Positions 48,496 through 61,945 of a stretch of 64,000 nucleotides of DNA are shown one piece after another; the stretch's first letter is position 1, and every line of letters begins with the position of its first letter. This DNA is from Vicugna vicugna (Eukaryota). The notes under the pieces were generated by a model. The model saw only the letters and a program-made list of their open reading frames with translations. It was not told the origin of the DNA and did not search any database. The translations under genes were made by a program, and so were the position numbers. The stretch lies in assembly GCA_013265495.1 (NCBI GenBank), contig MU061579.1, positions 6,982,124 through 7,046,123 on the forward strand, read 5' to 3'.

Positions 48496-48927
48496 TCATT
48501 CTAGTGGAGGGTGAAATTAAATTATATGTGAATGAGTAGATCGGAGATGCCACATATAGTTCTTACTGAGTGATCTTTAAATGGACTTTAGCATGAAAGG
48601 AAGGGAATAATTAAAGATTAATTATTCTAATTTAAAGAACTTTGTCCTCAAGATTACAAAGAAATTGAAAACTCTGAAGTTACCAATTTTGCAGTAACTT
48701 CATGTACTATGAATAGTTTTGTAATATATATGAACTATTTCTGAAAAGAAAATACTTTGTTAGAATAAAGCACAAGGAAGTACTTAAGTTTCTTCAACAA
48801 ATGGGTGGTTATAACATTAACATCTAGTTTAAAGGCTACCTGAGAAATTTTAACAAGCAGAGTGGACAAAGAATAAAGACACTCAAAACATTATCATTCT
48901 CCAGAAAACAAAAGACACTAAAGTTTT

Positions 48928-49147
48928 TTTTTAATTGAAATATGGTCAGTTACAGCATGTCAGTTTCTAGTATACAGCATAATGTCCCAGTCATGCATAT
49001 ACATACATATTAGCTTTCATATTCTTTTTCATTAAAAGTTACTATAAAGAATATAGTTCCCTGTGCTATACAGAAGAAATTTGTTTTTTAAATATTTTTA
49101 TATATAGTGGTTATCATTTGCAAATCTCAGACTCTCAAATTTAGAGT
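48928..49147 (-). mobile_element. Young lineage-specific (camelid-like) L1 3' tail
   Basis: ttaattgaaatatggtcagttaca..tacagcataatgtcccagtcatgcatatacatac...; perfect 10-bp TSD ctaaagtttt (48918-27 / 49148-57). Confidence 0.9.
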
Positions 49148-49251
49148 CTAAAGTTTTCATTCTCATGACTTACATGCTAGTTTTATCTAAGATTTTTCAA
49201 ATTCTATCTTTTTAACCCCCCAAATTAAAAATTATTTTATGCAACTAGTTT

Positions 49252-49806
49252 TTTGTTAAAGTATAAATGACATACATCATCATTAGTTTCCTACATACAA
49301 CATTCTATCGTTTTCTTTGGAAATATTCCCAGAAGTGGAATTGCTGGGTCATGTGGCTGTTCTATTTTTTATTTTTGGGGGAACTTTAGTCTCGTTCTCC
49401 ATAGTAGCTGCACCAGTTTACACTCCCACTAACAGTGCATGAGGATTCTTTTTTCTACACATCCTCACCAACACTTGTAATTTCTTGTCATTTTGATAAA
49501 AGCCAGTCTGACAGGTGTGAGATGATAACTCATTGTGGTTTTGATTTGCATTTCCCTGATGACTAGTGATGTTGAACATCTTCTCATGTGCCTGTTGGCC
49601 ATCTGTGTGTCTTCTTTGGAAAAATGTTGGTTCAGAGCCTCTGCCCATTTTTAATCAGATTGTTCGTTTGTTGTTGGGCTGTATGAGTTCTTTATGTATT
49701 TTGGATATTAACCCCTTATTGGATATATGATTTGCAAATATCCTCTCACTTTTTCTTTCGTTGATGATTTCCTTTGCTGTGAAGAAGCTTTTTAGTTTGA
49801 TGTAGT
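49252..49806 (-). mobile_element. 5'-truncated L1 with most of its 3'UTR deleted
   Basis: The tail aagtataaatgacatac..tacaacat is joined directly to ORF2-end sequence (cccagaagtggaattgctggg...). Imperfect TSD aactagttt / aactaattt. Confidence 0.85.
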
Positions 49807-49944
49807 AACTAATTTGTTTTTAGGCGTAGCTTTGTATTTACCAATTTATTTGCACACTAGTGCTGCAAACTATATCTCAAACTATATATTTGAGACAATT
49901 TTTATTCCACCTGAAATGTCTCTTAGAATTTCCTTCTAAAGAAA

Positions 49945-51757
49945 TAAGACAGAATAGAGAGCCTAGAAATGAACCAACATTTATATGGGCAATTAATCTA
50001 CAATGAAGGAAGGAAAAACATACAGGCAGGGAAAGGCAGCCTTTTCAATAAATGGTGTTGGGAAAACCCTCTCACACTATGCACAAACATAAATTCAAAT
50101 TAGATTGAAGACTCAAATGTAAGACCATAAAACATCTAGAAGAAAACATAGACAGTAAGCTCTTTGACATAGGTCTTAATGTTTTTTGTATATGTTGCCT
50201 CAGACAAGTGAAACAAAAGCAAAAATAAACAAATGGGACTACTTCAAACTAAAAATCTTTGCACAGCAAAGGAAACTTATCAAAATGAAAAGCTACCCAC
50301 TGAATGGGAGAAGATATTTGCCAACAATGTATCTGATAATGGGATAAAAATCCAAAACATACAAAGAACTAGTACAACTTAACCTCAGGAAAAAAAAAAA
50401 ACCCAATTAAAAATGGGAAGAGGATCTGAATAGACATTTTTCCAAAGAAGACATAAAGATGGCACATGGAAAAACAGGCACATGAAAAGATGTTCAACAT
50501 CACTAATGATCAGGAAAATAAATGCAAATCAAAACCACAATGAGCTATTGCCTCAGACCTATCAGAAGGACTATAATCAAGACAACAAATCAAAAAGACA
50601 ACAAATAACAAGTGTTGACAAGTACGTGAAGAAAAGGGAACCCTTGTGCACTGTTGATGGGAATGTAAATTGGTGCAGCCATTATGGAAAACACTATAGA
50701 GTTTCCTCAAAAAATTAAATAGAACAACCTAATGATCCAGCAATCCCACTCCTGGGTATATATCCAAAGGAAATGAAAACACTAATTAGGAAAAGAAACA
50801 TGCATCCCTATGCTTATTGCAGCATTATTTATAATAGCCAAGATATGGAAGCAATCCAACCACCTATCAACAGATAAATGGGTAATGATGTGGTGTGTGG
50901 TATATATGTAAATATACACACCCACACATACAATGAAATATTACTCAGCCATGAAAAAGAATGAAATCTTGCCATTTGCAACAACATGGATGGACCTAGA
51001 GGCTATTATGCTAAGTGAAATAAGTCAGAGAGAAAAAGACAAATATTGCATGACTCCACTTACATGTGGCATCTGAGAAACAAAACAAACAAAACAGAAA
51101 CGAGATACAGATACAGAGCACATGTGGGTATTTGCCAAAGAGGAAGTGTGGGGGGGGGGGGAAGAAACAGGTGAGGGAGATTAAGAGGTACAAAATTCCA
51201 GTTGCAAAATAAATGAGTCAAAGGTATGAAATGTACAGCGTGGGGAATATAGCCAGTAACTATGTAATATCTTTGTATGGTGACATGTCTTAACTAGACT
51301 CGTGATCATTTTGAAATGTATAGGAAAAAAATCACTACATTGTATAAAGGAACGAACATAGTGTTGTAGGTCAATTATACTTCAAAAACAAATGAACAAA
51401 CTTACAGAAAAAGAGATCAGATTTGTGGTTATCAGAGGCAGAAGGGGCTAGTGGATAATGACAGTCAAAATGTACAAACTTTCGGTTATAAGACAAATAA
51501 GTAGTAGGGATGTAATGTACAACATGATAAATATAATTAACACTTATATGTGAGATTTCAGAGAGTAAATCCTAAGAGTTCTCATCACACATACTTTTTT
51601 TTTCTATTTCTTTAATTTTGTTTCTATAGGAGATAGTGGATGTTCATTAAACTTACCGTGATAATCATGATGTGCATAAGTCAAATCATTATGCTGTGCA
51701 CCTTAAACCTGTTCAGAGCTGTATGGCAATTTTGTCTTAATAAAACTGGAAAAAATA
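49945..51757 (+). mobile_element. 5'-truncated L1 (~1.8 kb), same subfamily as the copy at 29809-31825
   Basis: ORF2 remnant [11 protein letters not shown]...[25 protein letters not shown]; the 3'UTR is complementary to 30000-30600; ends in tcttaataaaactggaaaaaa. Confidence 0.92.
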
Positions 51758-51759
51758 AA

Positions 51760-53240
51760 GTAACTGATAGGTAAAAAGATGGGAAACTCACTTTTTATTT
51801 TTCTAAAAATATCCTCCTTTGCCCTTTTTTGAAATGTAACTTTGTTGCTTACTTAATTCTAGGCTGACAGTTGATTTTTCTCTCAGCATGGTGAAGATAA
51901 TCTTCTACAGTCTTTTGGCTTCTGTCGATGGTACCATGTCAGTTGGAAATATTATGTTGTAGATTATCTGTCCTTTTTTCTCTAGTTGTTTTTAAGATCC
52001 TTTCTTGTTTTTAGTGTTCTTCATTTTCACTCTGAACTGGAATTTCTATATTTATATGGAATTCTTTATATTTATCATGCCTAGAATTTGTAGGCCTTCC
52101 TAAATCTGAGAACTGGAATCTTTCAATCAATCTGGGGAAATATTTAGCCATTATTTAATCAGGTACTGCCTCTTTCAGATCGCTCTCATCCATTTTTTTA
52201 GATTTTAGTATATTATCTATATCTGCTAATCTCCCAGATTTTTGTTTCTTTGTCTCTCTACTACATTCTGGGTAATTTATTCACATGTGTCTTTCTGTTC
52301 ACTTAATCTTCAGGTATTCAGCTATTCCATTGAATTTTAATTTAAATATTTTTCATTTCTAGAGGTAGTACTGGGTTATTTTAAGCCTGCTTTATTGGGT
52401 TTTTTTTTTTTTTTTGTTTTTTTTTTTATTTTTTGGTTTCTTGTTTCCATTGTTTTATTCAGTACCTACTTTTATTTCTTTAAGTACTTGTATTCCAGGT
52501 AATTTGATAGTTCTGTGTGGATCTGATTTAGCTATTTTTTTTGTTTCAACGGGTTCACTCATGGTGCCTTATTTCCTCGTGTATTCATTGATTTGTGTGT
52601 GTGGTAGAGGGGTGCTTAATATTCTTTAGAACTTTTAATTCATTGGAATTTGTTGAGGCCTTCTTAGAAAGTATGTTTCTCAAGCACCAGGGGTCACTAC
52701 CAAAACAGGACTGTTTTTAAATAAATTATAGGCTTGATTTGTCAGGCTTTAAATAAGATAAATTTGCATTGCTAACCTGCAAGAGGCCAAGCTTATGATT
52801 ACACATGTCAAGGAGATGGTTTTTTCTTCCGCCTAATGCAAATGGTGTGGCAGCAAGTTTTCTTGCTGATCATTTACTTCTGATTCGCCCTCGCACTGAA
52901 GATCTAGCTCTTTGGGGTCATGGCCTTTGCAAGGATTTCCTGTTAGACTCATCACTTTGGGGTTCTATGCTTTGTCTCCAATCTACCCTGCACTCACAGA
53001 AGACAAAATCAACACTAGAGGTCACAAGTCTTCAGTGGAAAATAACCAGAAGCTGGCCTCAGAGATCCTTTATTTTTCAAAATTAGTGTTTCACTGTGCC
53101 TTGGACTTCTGTGCATTGCTTAGTGTTATTCAAACTGTGTGACACATTTTAAGAGGTACATTTTTAAATATTTCTATGATATGTTTGGGTGGTTTTTAGT
53201 GTGATATTTTTACACGCTTCTTTTCCTCCATGTTACCAAA
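51760..53240 (-). mobile_element. Very old L1 ORF1/5' region (host of the preceding L1)
   Basis: aattctaggctgacagttg..tctcagcatggtgaagataatc..tcttttggcttct; tcaatctggggaaatatttagccattatt. Confidence 0.6.
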
Positions 53241-53569
53241 AAACAAGCCCAGCATTATTATCTTTTTATAGTTGACTCTTTTTTCCTGAAACATACTGAG
53301 GTGTAGCAATAATACAGTGAGTGGATTTCTACTAGAGACTTTAAAGAATATTTGGATAAACTGGTGATTATTTCTTAAGCTATATTTTAGCTATGATTTT
53401 CCCTAAAACTTGAATAATATCTAGAAAATTTAAACATTTTAATGAATACAGTGTAAGACAAGATCATGATTGTTGTAGCTACTTTACTATTAATTTCTTA
53501 GAACTGAAAATTCTCATAAATGATAAACTATACTTTAATATGTCTTTGCCCCAAATTGTTTGATAGAAT

Positions 53570-53800
53570 AATTGCAGCATTTATTGAGCATTTACTATAT
53601 GCCAGGTGTTGTTTAAAGACCATTTTCTCATCATAACAACCTCAAAAGGTTGATCCTAGTAATTTTGATTCCACGTGACAAATGAAAAAAATAAATTTAA
53701 GATTTAGTAATTTGCCTGAGATCACACAGCTAGCAGGTGAAGGAGCTGGGATTCAGACATGGTGAGTTTGGTTCCAGAAGCACACTCAGTCCTTCCACTC
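53570..53800 (-). mobile_element. MIR SINE
   Basis: catttattgagcatttactatatgccagg...gtaatttgcctgagatcacacagctagcaggtgaaggagctgggattc. Confidence 0.85.
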
Positions 53801-54402
53801 TCTTCTCTGTTTGATACCCATCAGTGTACTTAACAGAACAGATAACAAGCAAGATTGAGTAAGGTGTACTTTAAAACTTCATTTAAATAATGACACTGAA
53901 AAAATAATTGCAAAATATGGTGGGATTTTGATAGGGACTATGTTGGAACTGTAGATCAATTTGGAGAATCTCAAGCCTGTAGTTGGTGAGGATTGCTGTT
54001 CTAAAAATCTTGAGCCTTCCAGCCATGAAGATCTCTCTCTCTCAGCAAAGTCTTACAGTTTACAATGTCTTAAATTGCTTTTGTTAAATTTATTTTTCAG
54101 TGTTTTATTATTTTAATGCTATTATAAATGCAGTTTTTCTACTTCATTTTTGGATTGTTTGTTGTGAATGTAAAGAAATACCATTGATTTGTATAGTTTA
54201 TTCAGTGACCTTATTGAACTCATTTATTCCTTATTGTATTTTTTCCTCTGAATTTCTCAGGATTTTCTACATATAAAATCTTGTCATCTGAGAATAAAAT
54301 TTGTTTCCTTTTCAATCTAGATGCTTTTTAATTTTTTCTTCACTGCACTGGCTACAACCTCCAGTAAAATGTTGAATAGACATGATAAGAAAGTGTTTCT
54401 GA

Positions 54403-54509
54403 ACAAAAATATGAAAATGAATATATGTATGTATATGCATGACTAGGACATTGTGCTGTACACCAGAAATTGACACATTGTAATTGACTGTACTTCGGTT
54501 GGAAAAAAA
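54403..54509 (+). mobile_element. Young ~107-bp camelid-like L1 3' tail
   Basis: atatgcatgactaggacattgtgctgtacaccagaaattgacacattgtaattgactgtacttc plus A-run; perfect 13-bp TSD aaagtgtttctga (54390-402 / 54510-22). Confidence 0.92.
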
Positions 54510-54554
54510 AAAGTGTTTCTGATCATAGGTGGAAAATATTCAGTCTTATGCCAT

Positions 54555-55315
54555 GAATGATCACCACAGCAAGTCTAGTTACAACATGTCACCACAAATA
54601 TATTAGTTATTGACTATATTCCTCACATTGTACATTTCATGCCTGTGACTCATTCATTTTGCAGTTTGTATCTCTTAATCTCCCTCACCTATTTCTTTCT
54701 TTCCTTCATCCCCAAACCCCCTCTCCTCTGGTAATCACCTTTTTGTTCTCTGAATCTATAACTCAGTTTCTGTTTTGTTATGTTTGTTCATTTGTTTTTC
54801 AGATTCCACATACAGATGAAATCATACAGTATTTGTCTTTCTCTGACTTATTTCACTTAGCATAATAGCCTCTGGGCCTGTCCATGGTTGTCACAAATAG
54901 CAAGATTTCATTCTTTAAGGCTGAGTAATAGTCCATTTAGGTTGCTTCCATATCTTGGCTATTGTAAATGATGCTGCAGTGTACATAGGGGTACACATGT
55001 ATTTTCTAATAAGTGATTTCATGGTTTTTTTGCGTAAATTATCACATGGAATTCCCTTATCCCATGGTAGTTCTTTTTTTTTTAAGGAATCTCCATAGTA
55101 TTTTCCATAGCGACTGCACCAATTTACGTTCCCACCAGCAGTGCACAAATGTTCCCTTTTCTCCACGTTCTTGCCAACAGTTACTTCTTGTCTTTTTGAG
55201 AGCCATTCTGACAGATGTGAAATGGTATTTCATTGTGGTTTTGATTTGCATTTCCCTGATTAGTGATGTTGAACATCTTTTCATGTGTCTGTTGGCTATC
55301 TGTGTGTCTTCTTTC
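54555..55315 (-). mobile_element. L1 fragment (same group as the 29809 and 49945 copies)
   Basis: ORF2 remnant [28 protein letters not shown]...[17 protein letters not shown] (55057-55284, -). Confidence 0.88.
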
Positions 55316-56809
55316 TTACATCTTTTTCTAATTTCTTAAGATAGAATCCTAAATTACCAATTTGATACCTTTTATTTCTGCTGTAGGTGTTTAAAGATTT
55401 CTTTCTAACCACTGCTTTAGTTGCACTTCATAACTTTTCACATGAGTTTTCATTTCATTCAGTACAAAGCATTATGTTTCCCTTTGCGCATTGTTCTTTT
55501 ATGCATGAGTTATTTAGAAGCATGTTGTTCATTTTCCAGTTATCTAAGGATTTTCCCAAAATTCTTTGTTACTGATTTCTAATACAGTTCTATTATAGTT
55601 AGAGATCATACTTGTTATGATTTCAGTTATGTTAAGTTTGTAAGACTTGTTTATGGTCTAGTATATGAGCTATCATTGGGTCATTAGACAAGATTGTGTG
55701 TTTTGCTGTCTTGGAGTGGATTTGTTGTAAGTGTCTGTTAGGTAAAGTTGTTTGTTAGTATTGTTCTATATCCTTGTTGGTTTTCTGTTTAGTTTTTTCA
55801 TCAGTTATTGACAACAGACTATAGAAATTACCACCTATTGTTGGAATGTCTGTTTCTTCTTTACTTCTGTCAATTTTTGCTTTATGTATTTTGGGGCTCT
55901 GTTTATGAGTGTGTATACATTTGTAATTGTTATATCATGGCTCTTTTTTTTTCTAGTAATATTTTTTGTCTTAAAACCTATTCTGTCTGATATATTTAAT
56001 CTGCTTTTGTTTACTTTTTGCATGTTATATTTTTCTATACATTTGCTTTCAACCCATTTGTATCTTTAAATCTAAAGTGTGTCACCTCTAGACAGAATAT
56101 AATTGGGTATTGTTTGTTATCTAGTCTCAGTCTGTTCCTTTCCATTTGAGTGTTTATTCTATTCTTATTTAAAGTAACTGTTGATAGCTTGGATCTATTT
56201 CTGCTCTTTTGCTATTTGTTCTCTACATATCTTATGTCATTTTTCTTCATCTCTTCCCAGTTTACCCTCTTCTTTGTTAAATATTTTAGTGTGTCCTTTT
56301 AATTCATTTGTTGTGTTGTTTTGTATATTACTTAGTTATTTTTTAGTGTTTTAGGGATTACTATATATATCCTAATTTATTACATTTTACTTTACATGAA
56401 TACTAACTTAATTCTGGTAAACTGTGAATACATTGTACCATTATAGCTTCATTTTTTTTCCTTCCTCCTTTCTGTAATTTTTGCCATATGTGTCTGTGCA
56501 TGCATGTGTGTGTTAAAACCCAACAGTGCAGTGCTGGAATTATTGCTGTATAACTGTCTTATGTTATTTTCAAGAGTGTATAAAAGAATAAAGAAAAAAG
56601 ATATTTTTATAGGATGTTTTATATATACTTACATGTTTACCTTTTCCAGTGCTCTTCATTCTTGTTGTGCATCTGCTACCGTCTGATGTCATTTTGTTTT
56701 TGCTACAACAGTTTCTCTCAATCTTTTGAAATTCAGTGAAGTCCTTATTGTCACCTTCTCTTATTCCAGTATCACCTAGTTATTGTCACCTAGTTTTATT
56801 CCAATATAA

Positions 56810-57212
56810 TTGAAAAAAAATTTGTTAAGATAGACAGCCTGCTGTTTTGATCTACATGTACATTGTGAAATAATTGCCACAGTCAAGCTAATTAACATAT
56901 TTATCACCTCACATTGGTACTGTTTTTTTTCTTTTTTGAAAGATCTACCATCTTGGCAAATTTAAGTATACAATACAGTATTATTAACTATGATCACATT
57001 GCTCTAATTATGTCTCCAGAACTTACTCATCTTGCATAACTGAAACTTTGTACTCTCTGACCAACATCACATTTCCCCTACACCCAGCCCCTGGCAGCCA
57101 CCATTCTACTGTTTCTATGAGTTTGACTGTTTGAGATTCTACACGTAAGTGAAGTCATACAGTGAACCTCTTTCTGTGTCTGCTTATTTCACTTAGAATA
57201 ACGTCTTTCAGA
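56810..57212 (-). mobile_element. L1MA8-10-like 3' end
   Basis: tacattgtgaaataattgccacagtcaagctaattaacatat...tctccagaacttactcatcttgcataactgaaactttgtac. Confidence 0.85.
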
Positions 57213-58944
57213 GCTTTGTTTTTTTTTTAATGTAGTTTTGTTGGCTATAGAATTCTTGATTGACATTTTTTTCGGTACTTGGACTATCTTTTCATTGCTT
57301 TCTGGCTTTCATTCCTTCTGATGAGAAGTCAGCCATTAATTATATTGCTGTTCCTTATATGTGATGAGTCAATTTTCTGTTGCTGCTTTCACAATTTTCT
57401 CTTTATCCTTAGTTTCAGCTGTTTGTGTGTACAAATGTAGACCTCTTAGTTTTTATCCTGCTTGGGTTCTTTGAACTTCTTGAATATGCAGATTAATGCT
57501 TTTCTTTAAATTTAGCACATTTCGCAATTTTCTTCCATTTTTTTTTCCTTCCTTTCTTTCTCCTTTCCTCCTGGGATTCTCTTGACATATGTTGCACTAC
57601 ACTTGATACTATCCCACAGGTTTCTGGAGCCTTGCTCATTTTTCTTTCTTCTTTAAAGTCTGTTTACCTTAAGTTCTTTGAATATATTTATAATAGCTGT
57701 TTTGAAGTCTTGGTCAGCTAAATCCAACATATAAAACCACTCAGGGACAGTTTCTATTGACTGACTGCTTATTTCTCCTGATTATGTCACATTTGCTTTG
57801 TAATTTCCTCATTTTCTGTTGAAAACTGGGCATTTTTGATAATAGAGTATAACAAATCTAGATTCTAATTTTCACCCTCTGAGTGCTGTATATTAATTTA
57901 TTTGTGGTTTTGATTTGTTTAGTTTATTTACTTGGACTAAAGCTGTGGAATCTGTCAGCCACAGTGTGGGCTGCTGAGGTCTCTGCCCAGTTATTTGATG
58001 TTGATGATGATAATGAAGTAGCAGCGGCCTGGCTTCTTAGTGGTCCTCACTTGTCTGCATGGCTTAATGTTCTTTGGTGATTTGTAGAATTTCTTCTCAA
58101 ATATCTCTATAAAGGAGTAAGGCTTCCACTCTCTGCCAGTGGATCTGTGTGGGTTGGGAACACATGCAAAATGCTAGTGTTTTAGTCTATCCCAGATTTT
58201 ACTGCCACAGACCTTCCCATGTTTCCACTGTCCACGTACATGGCTCAAAGATAGCCAGGAGCATGTGACTAGCTTTCAGTCTATCCTGTGTTTGTAGGTA
58301 GACTTCCTATCAGCCAGGAATTTGCAGAGAGCTGATTAAGGTTCTCCATGGCCATTTATTTCCTTGATCTCCTTGTTAAATGTGGGTAAAGCCACAGGCT
58401 GGGCTAGCTGAGCCACTGGGCTCCCCCCTTTGTCTAGTTCTGACACCACTACTGCTACTGACAATACTGACAGACACAGAGTTTTCCCATGCTCAGCTCC
58501 AAATCAAGTGAGTCCTGTCTGGCAGTGAAGTTACTGATGTTCACAGCCTGACCTCTCTGACTCTAGGAAGGGGAGTAGTTAAGGGGGGATGGGAGAAATC
58601 CCAGGCAAGAATCTCATGGACTTTCACTAGTCTTACCCAAAGTTCAGTTGTTTTTCATTAATAATCACCTCCCAATTTATTTTATACCTTTGGTCTTTGG
58701 TAGATTTACATTAAAATGCTTATTTTGACAATTTTATCCAGTTTTGCTATTGATTTTGGGGAAGAATATTTGCTAAATCAGCTCCTCACTGTGCCATACC
58801 GTATCAAATATTTTGTGACATCACCCCAGATTCACACATCAGCATTAGTGCTGTCAACATAGTCAACTATTACTTAAAAATGACTTCGGATTTACCTTTA
58901 TGAAGACACATTAATTCTTTGGTTGGGTTTAATTTTATTATAAT

Positions 58945-59660
58945 AGCATCTATTTGCTCATTAATTTATTGAGTACTGACTATGTGCTGGTGTCTGATCT
59001 AATTTCTGTGATATAAAGATGTATGAGAAATCCCTGCCTTCCATGAATTCTTAAATCTAATGGAGGAGATAAACTAAAAATAATGGTAACAAAGTACAAT
59101 ACTTGATGTTATATAAGGGTGAGCAGAGTGCTATGGAGTGACCTGGAGAGGGCATGCCTGTCTCTGACTAGTAAGAGTTCACAAACTGTGCTGCCTTTGC
59201 CTGGGATTCAGGAGGGTTGGAGTCTGCCAAGCAATGGAGGTGCAATATTTAGGGAATTCTGAGCATGTAAAGCAGTATGTCTAAAGACAAGGCTCAGATT
59301 CAAGTAATATCTGAAAAACACTCTGGCGTGTGCATGGTAAGGAGCAGTAGAAGATAGAATTTAGGTAGGAGAAACATTTACACCTGCTGAACATTCTGGA
59401 CTTTATCCTCTGGGCCACCGGATGACAGCCAAGGTCTTTAATGATCAGATTAGCTTTCCCTTTTGTTTTGTCTTAGAATTCATCTCCAGCAGCTCTGTGG
59501 AGCATCAGACTGCAATGAAAAAAGACAGATAACAGGTCAGTCAGGTAGGAGACTCTGGGACTTTAAGGGTTGAGAGATGGTGAGTACCAAAATAGAGAAC
59601 AGCCAGATTCAAAAGATGTTTAGGATAAAATTGACAGGATTTGGCGGTACTGAAATAAGG
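58945..59660 (-). mobile_element. L2 LINE 3' portion
   Basis: atttattgagtactgactatgtgctgg...tccctgccttccatgaattctt...ggactttatcctctggg...taaaattgacaggatttgg. Confidence 0.75.
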
Positions 59661-60849
59661 AATGGTGAGTGTGATTGGTTGGGCACAGAGGACTTAGGGG
59701 GCATGGAAAGGAGACAGCCTCTGGGAAGCTGCCAGACAAGAAATCAACCAAACAACAACGAAAGTTGGACATGATGTCCAGGCGAATCATTGGCTAAAGG
59801 GCAGGGTAAAGAAGGAGAATCCAGGCAAGAGCAAACATACAGAAACTTGGAAAACCAGGCTGGAATGATGCTTGTAGGTGGATCCTCAGTAAGTTTTCTG
59901 AGCTGCCAAGAGGGGAATGACTTTATCTGCTGTCCATACTCAAGTTTGGGTGAGGTGGGGGCAGTAAGAGGTTCCAATCCAACATGATCATCTTGGAACT
60001 CTTATTTTTAATAAAAATTTGGAATTACTCTAAACCCTTCTTCAAGTAGAATAATGATATTGATTGATAATTCTCCTCCAACTAATGTTCTTCCTGCGGG
60101 TAACTCAGATACGGCACAGAGACTGTCATTAACTCTGAAATCATAGAGGAATTATTTAAAAAGCAGCTCTTCAAAAACCTAATAGTGCTGCCAAAGTATT
60201 AATGCATCTTTTCAAAGCATTAAGCAGGTGGGCAGATACAAATGGATGCAATGACTATAAAGAATAAATGATGATATACCTAATTTTGATCTACACTTTT
60301 TTTAAAGGTCCCTTTTTATGTGTGACATTCTGTGACTTAATTTCTCCTGTCCATGACATTCTCTTGGTTTTTAATTGCCAACCATCCGGGTTTGCTGTCA
60401 GTTTGAATCAGGTTTTTTACATAATTAAGCCAGCCTATCTATCACCCATCATAATTAATCCATTCAATTTTAATTACTTTTCCATTTCCAGAGTCAATCA
60501 TCCTATATTAATACAAATATAGGAAAATATGTGTCATTTTTGTAATATAAGTAATACTACAGAATGCCTGTCATACACTTCCCTCACATTTTTAGAAAGG
60601 TTCAACCTAATTTGATAAAATATATTAGTATTGCATTGCCAGAAACACAGAAACCAAAAATCAGTATTTCGTTTCATTCACTCACTTCATGAAGCCGTCT
60701 TTCTAAATCCCATCACTTCTTCTGCAGAATTTCACAGTCTGGGTTCTGTATCCACCCAGTGACACCCAAGAGGGCTTTCTGTTTCTGGAAGTAATTGCAG
60801 CGATGCATCGTGTGTCAGCTCATTTTTGTCACTGGTGCCCGTGTGGGGT

Positions 60850-61590
60850 TTTATTTACTTTTTCTGTAATTGCACCTGACTCGTATCTCTGGGGATGCAG
60901 CAGTGAAAGAGAAGAAGGTTCTGAGTTCCATTGAGTTCACATGGCAGTGGAAGAGACAGACAGTAAACAAATAAAAATCACCAGTCATGATGAGTAGTGT
61001 GCCAAGAAGTTCAAGAAGGTGATGTGATGGAGAGTGGTTCTGCAGCCGTGGAGGGCTCAGAGAAGGCCTCTCTGAGGAGGTGGCATTAAAGCTGACACTT
61101 GAATGACAGGAGATGCCCTGAGATGATCCTAGGACTAAGCATTCCAGGAAAAAGTCATCCCTAGAGCAAAGGACATGAGAATATAATCCAGGAACCAGAT
61201 GAACACCGGGGCTGCTGGAGTGACATGAGCAGGGAAAGTGGCAAGAAGTGAGCTTAGAGGGGGAGAGCATTCACGGTGAGGAGTGTGGTCTTCATTCTGA
61301 GCTCCATGAGGAGCTGCTGAAGGGCTTTAAACCGGAGGGTGATGTGATCAGATTGACATTTTTAAAAGATCAGTCTGACTGCTCTGTGGAGAATGGATTG
61401 AGGGGGGCAAGTATGGAAACAGCAAGACAGGGTCCAGATGACAGAGGAGTCTGGCTTGCACCCGGGGTGCAGAGAAGTAGACTAATTCAGGATTTGTTTA
61501 CAGATAGATGGAGCCAGAGAATTTATGGATGGGTTCGTTCTTGAAGAGTGTGTTATAGAAAGGGAAAACCTGTCACGGATCACTCAGATT
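60850..61590 (-). mobile_element. L2 LINE 3' portion
   Basis: ctggggatgcagcagtgaaag..., agaaggcctctctgaggaggtggcatt..., gatgtgatcagattgacatttttaaaagatcagtctg. Confidence 0.85.
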
Positions 61591-61699
61591 TTTGTTGTCT
61601 GTTTCATAAATACTAGGATTTCAACACCCCTTAACCATTCCGGAAAGTTACTGCGTTCATCGTTCTCCAGGATTGATTCTTTTGCACAGCTGCGTGTTC

Positions 61700-61945
61700 T
61701 CCATGGTTAGCGCAGACCGTGGCATTTGGCTCTCTAGATTCAAATCCGAGGTTTCCAACTTAGTGGTCGTACAACCTCAGGCAAGTCTCTTAACCCCTTT
61801 ATATTTGTTTCCTCTTATAAAAAAGTGGACTAATCATGTTACTGTTTCCTAGGATTATTGACAGCAGTGACTAAGAAAATATGAATAGAAATACTTAGCA
61901 CACTGCTGGTCTACAGCAAGTACTCAGTAGATGTTAGTAATAGAT
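61700..61945 (+). mobile_element. MIR SINE
   Basis: acctcaggcaagtctcttaacccc..gtttcctcttataaaaaagtgg..atacttagcacac..agtactcagtagatgttag. Confidence 0.8.

Larger units (their letters stand above)
53910..58800 (-). mobile_element. Old L1M (ORF2 fragments, ORF1, 5' region) with nested younger L1 pieces
   Basis: EN-domain remnant ISDRIGFKTKNITR..DITITNVYTLINRAPKYIKQKLTE (55835-56023, -); ORF1 and 5' motifs shared with the element at 23000-25000. Confidence 0.8.
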
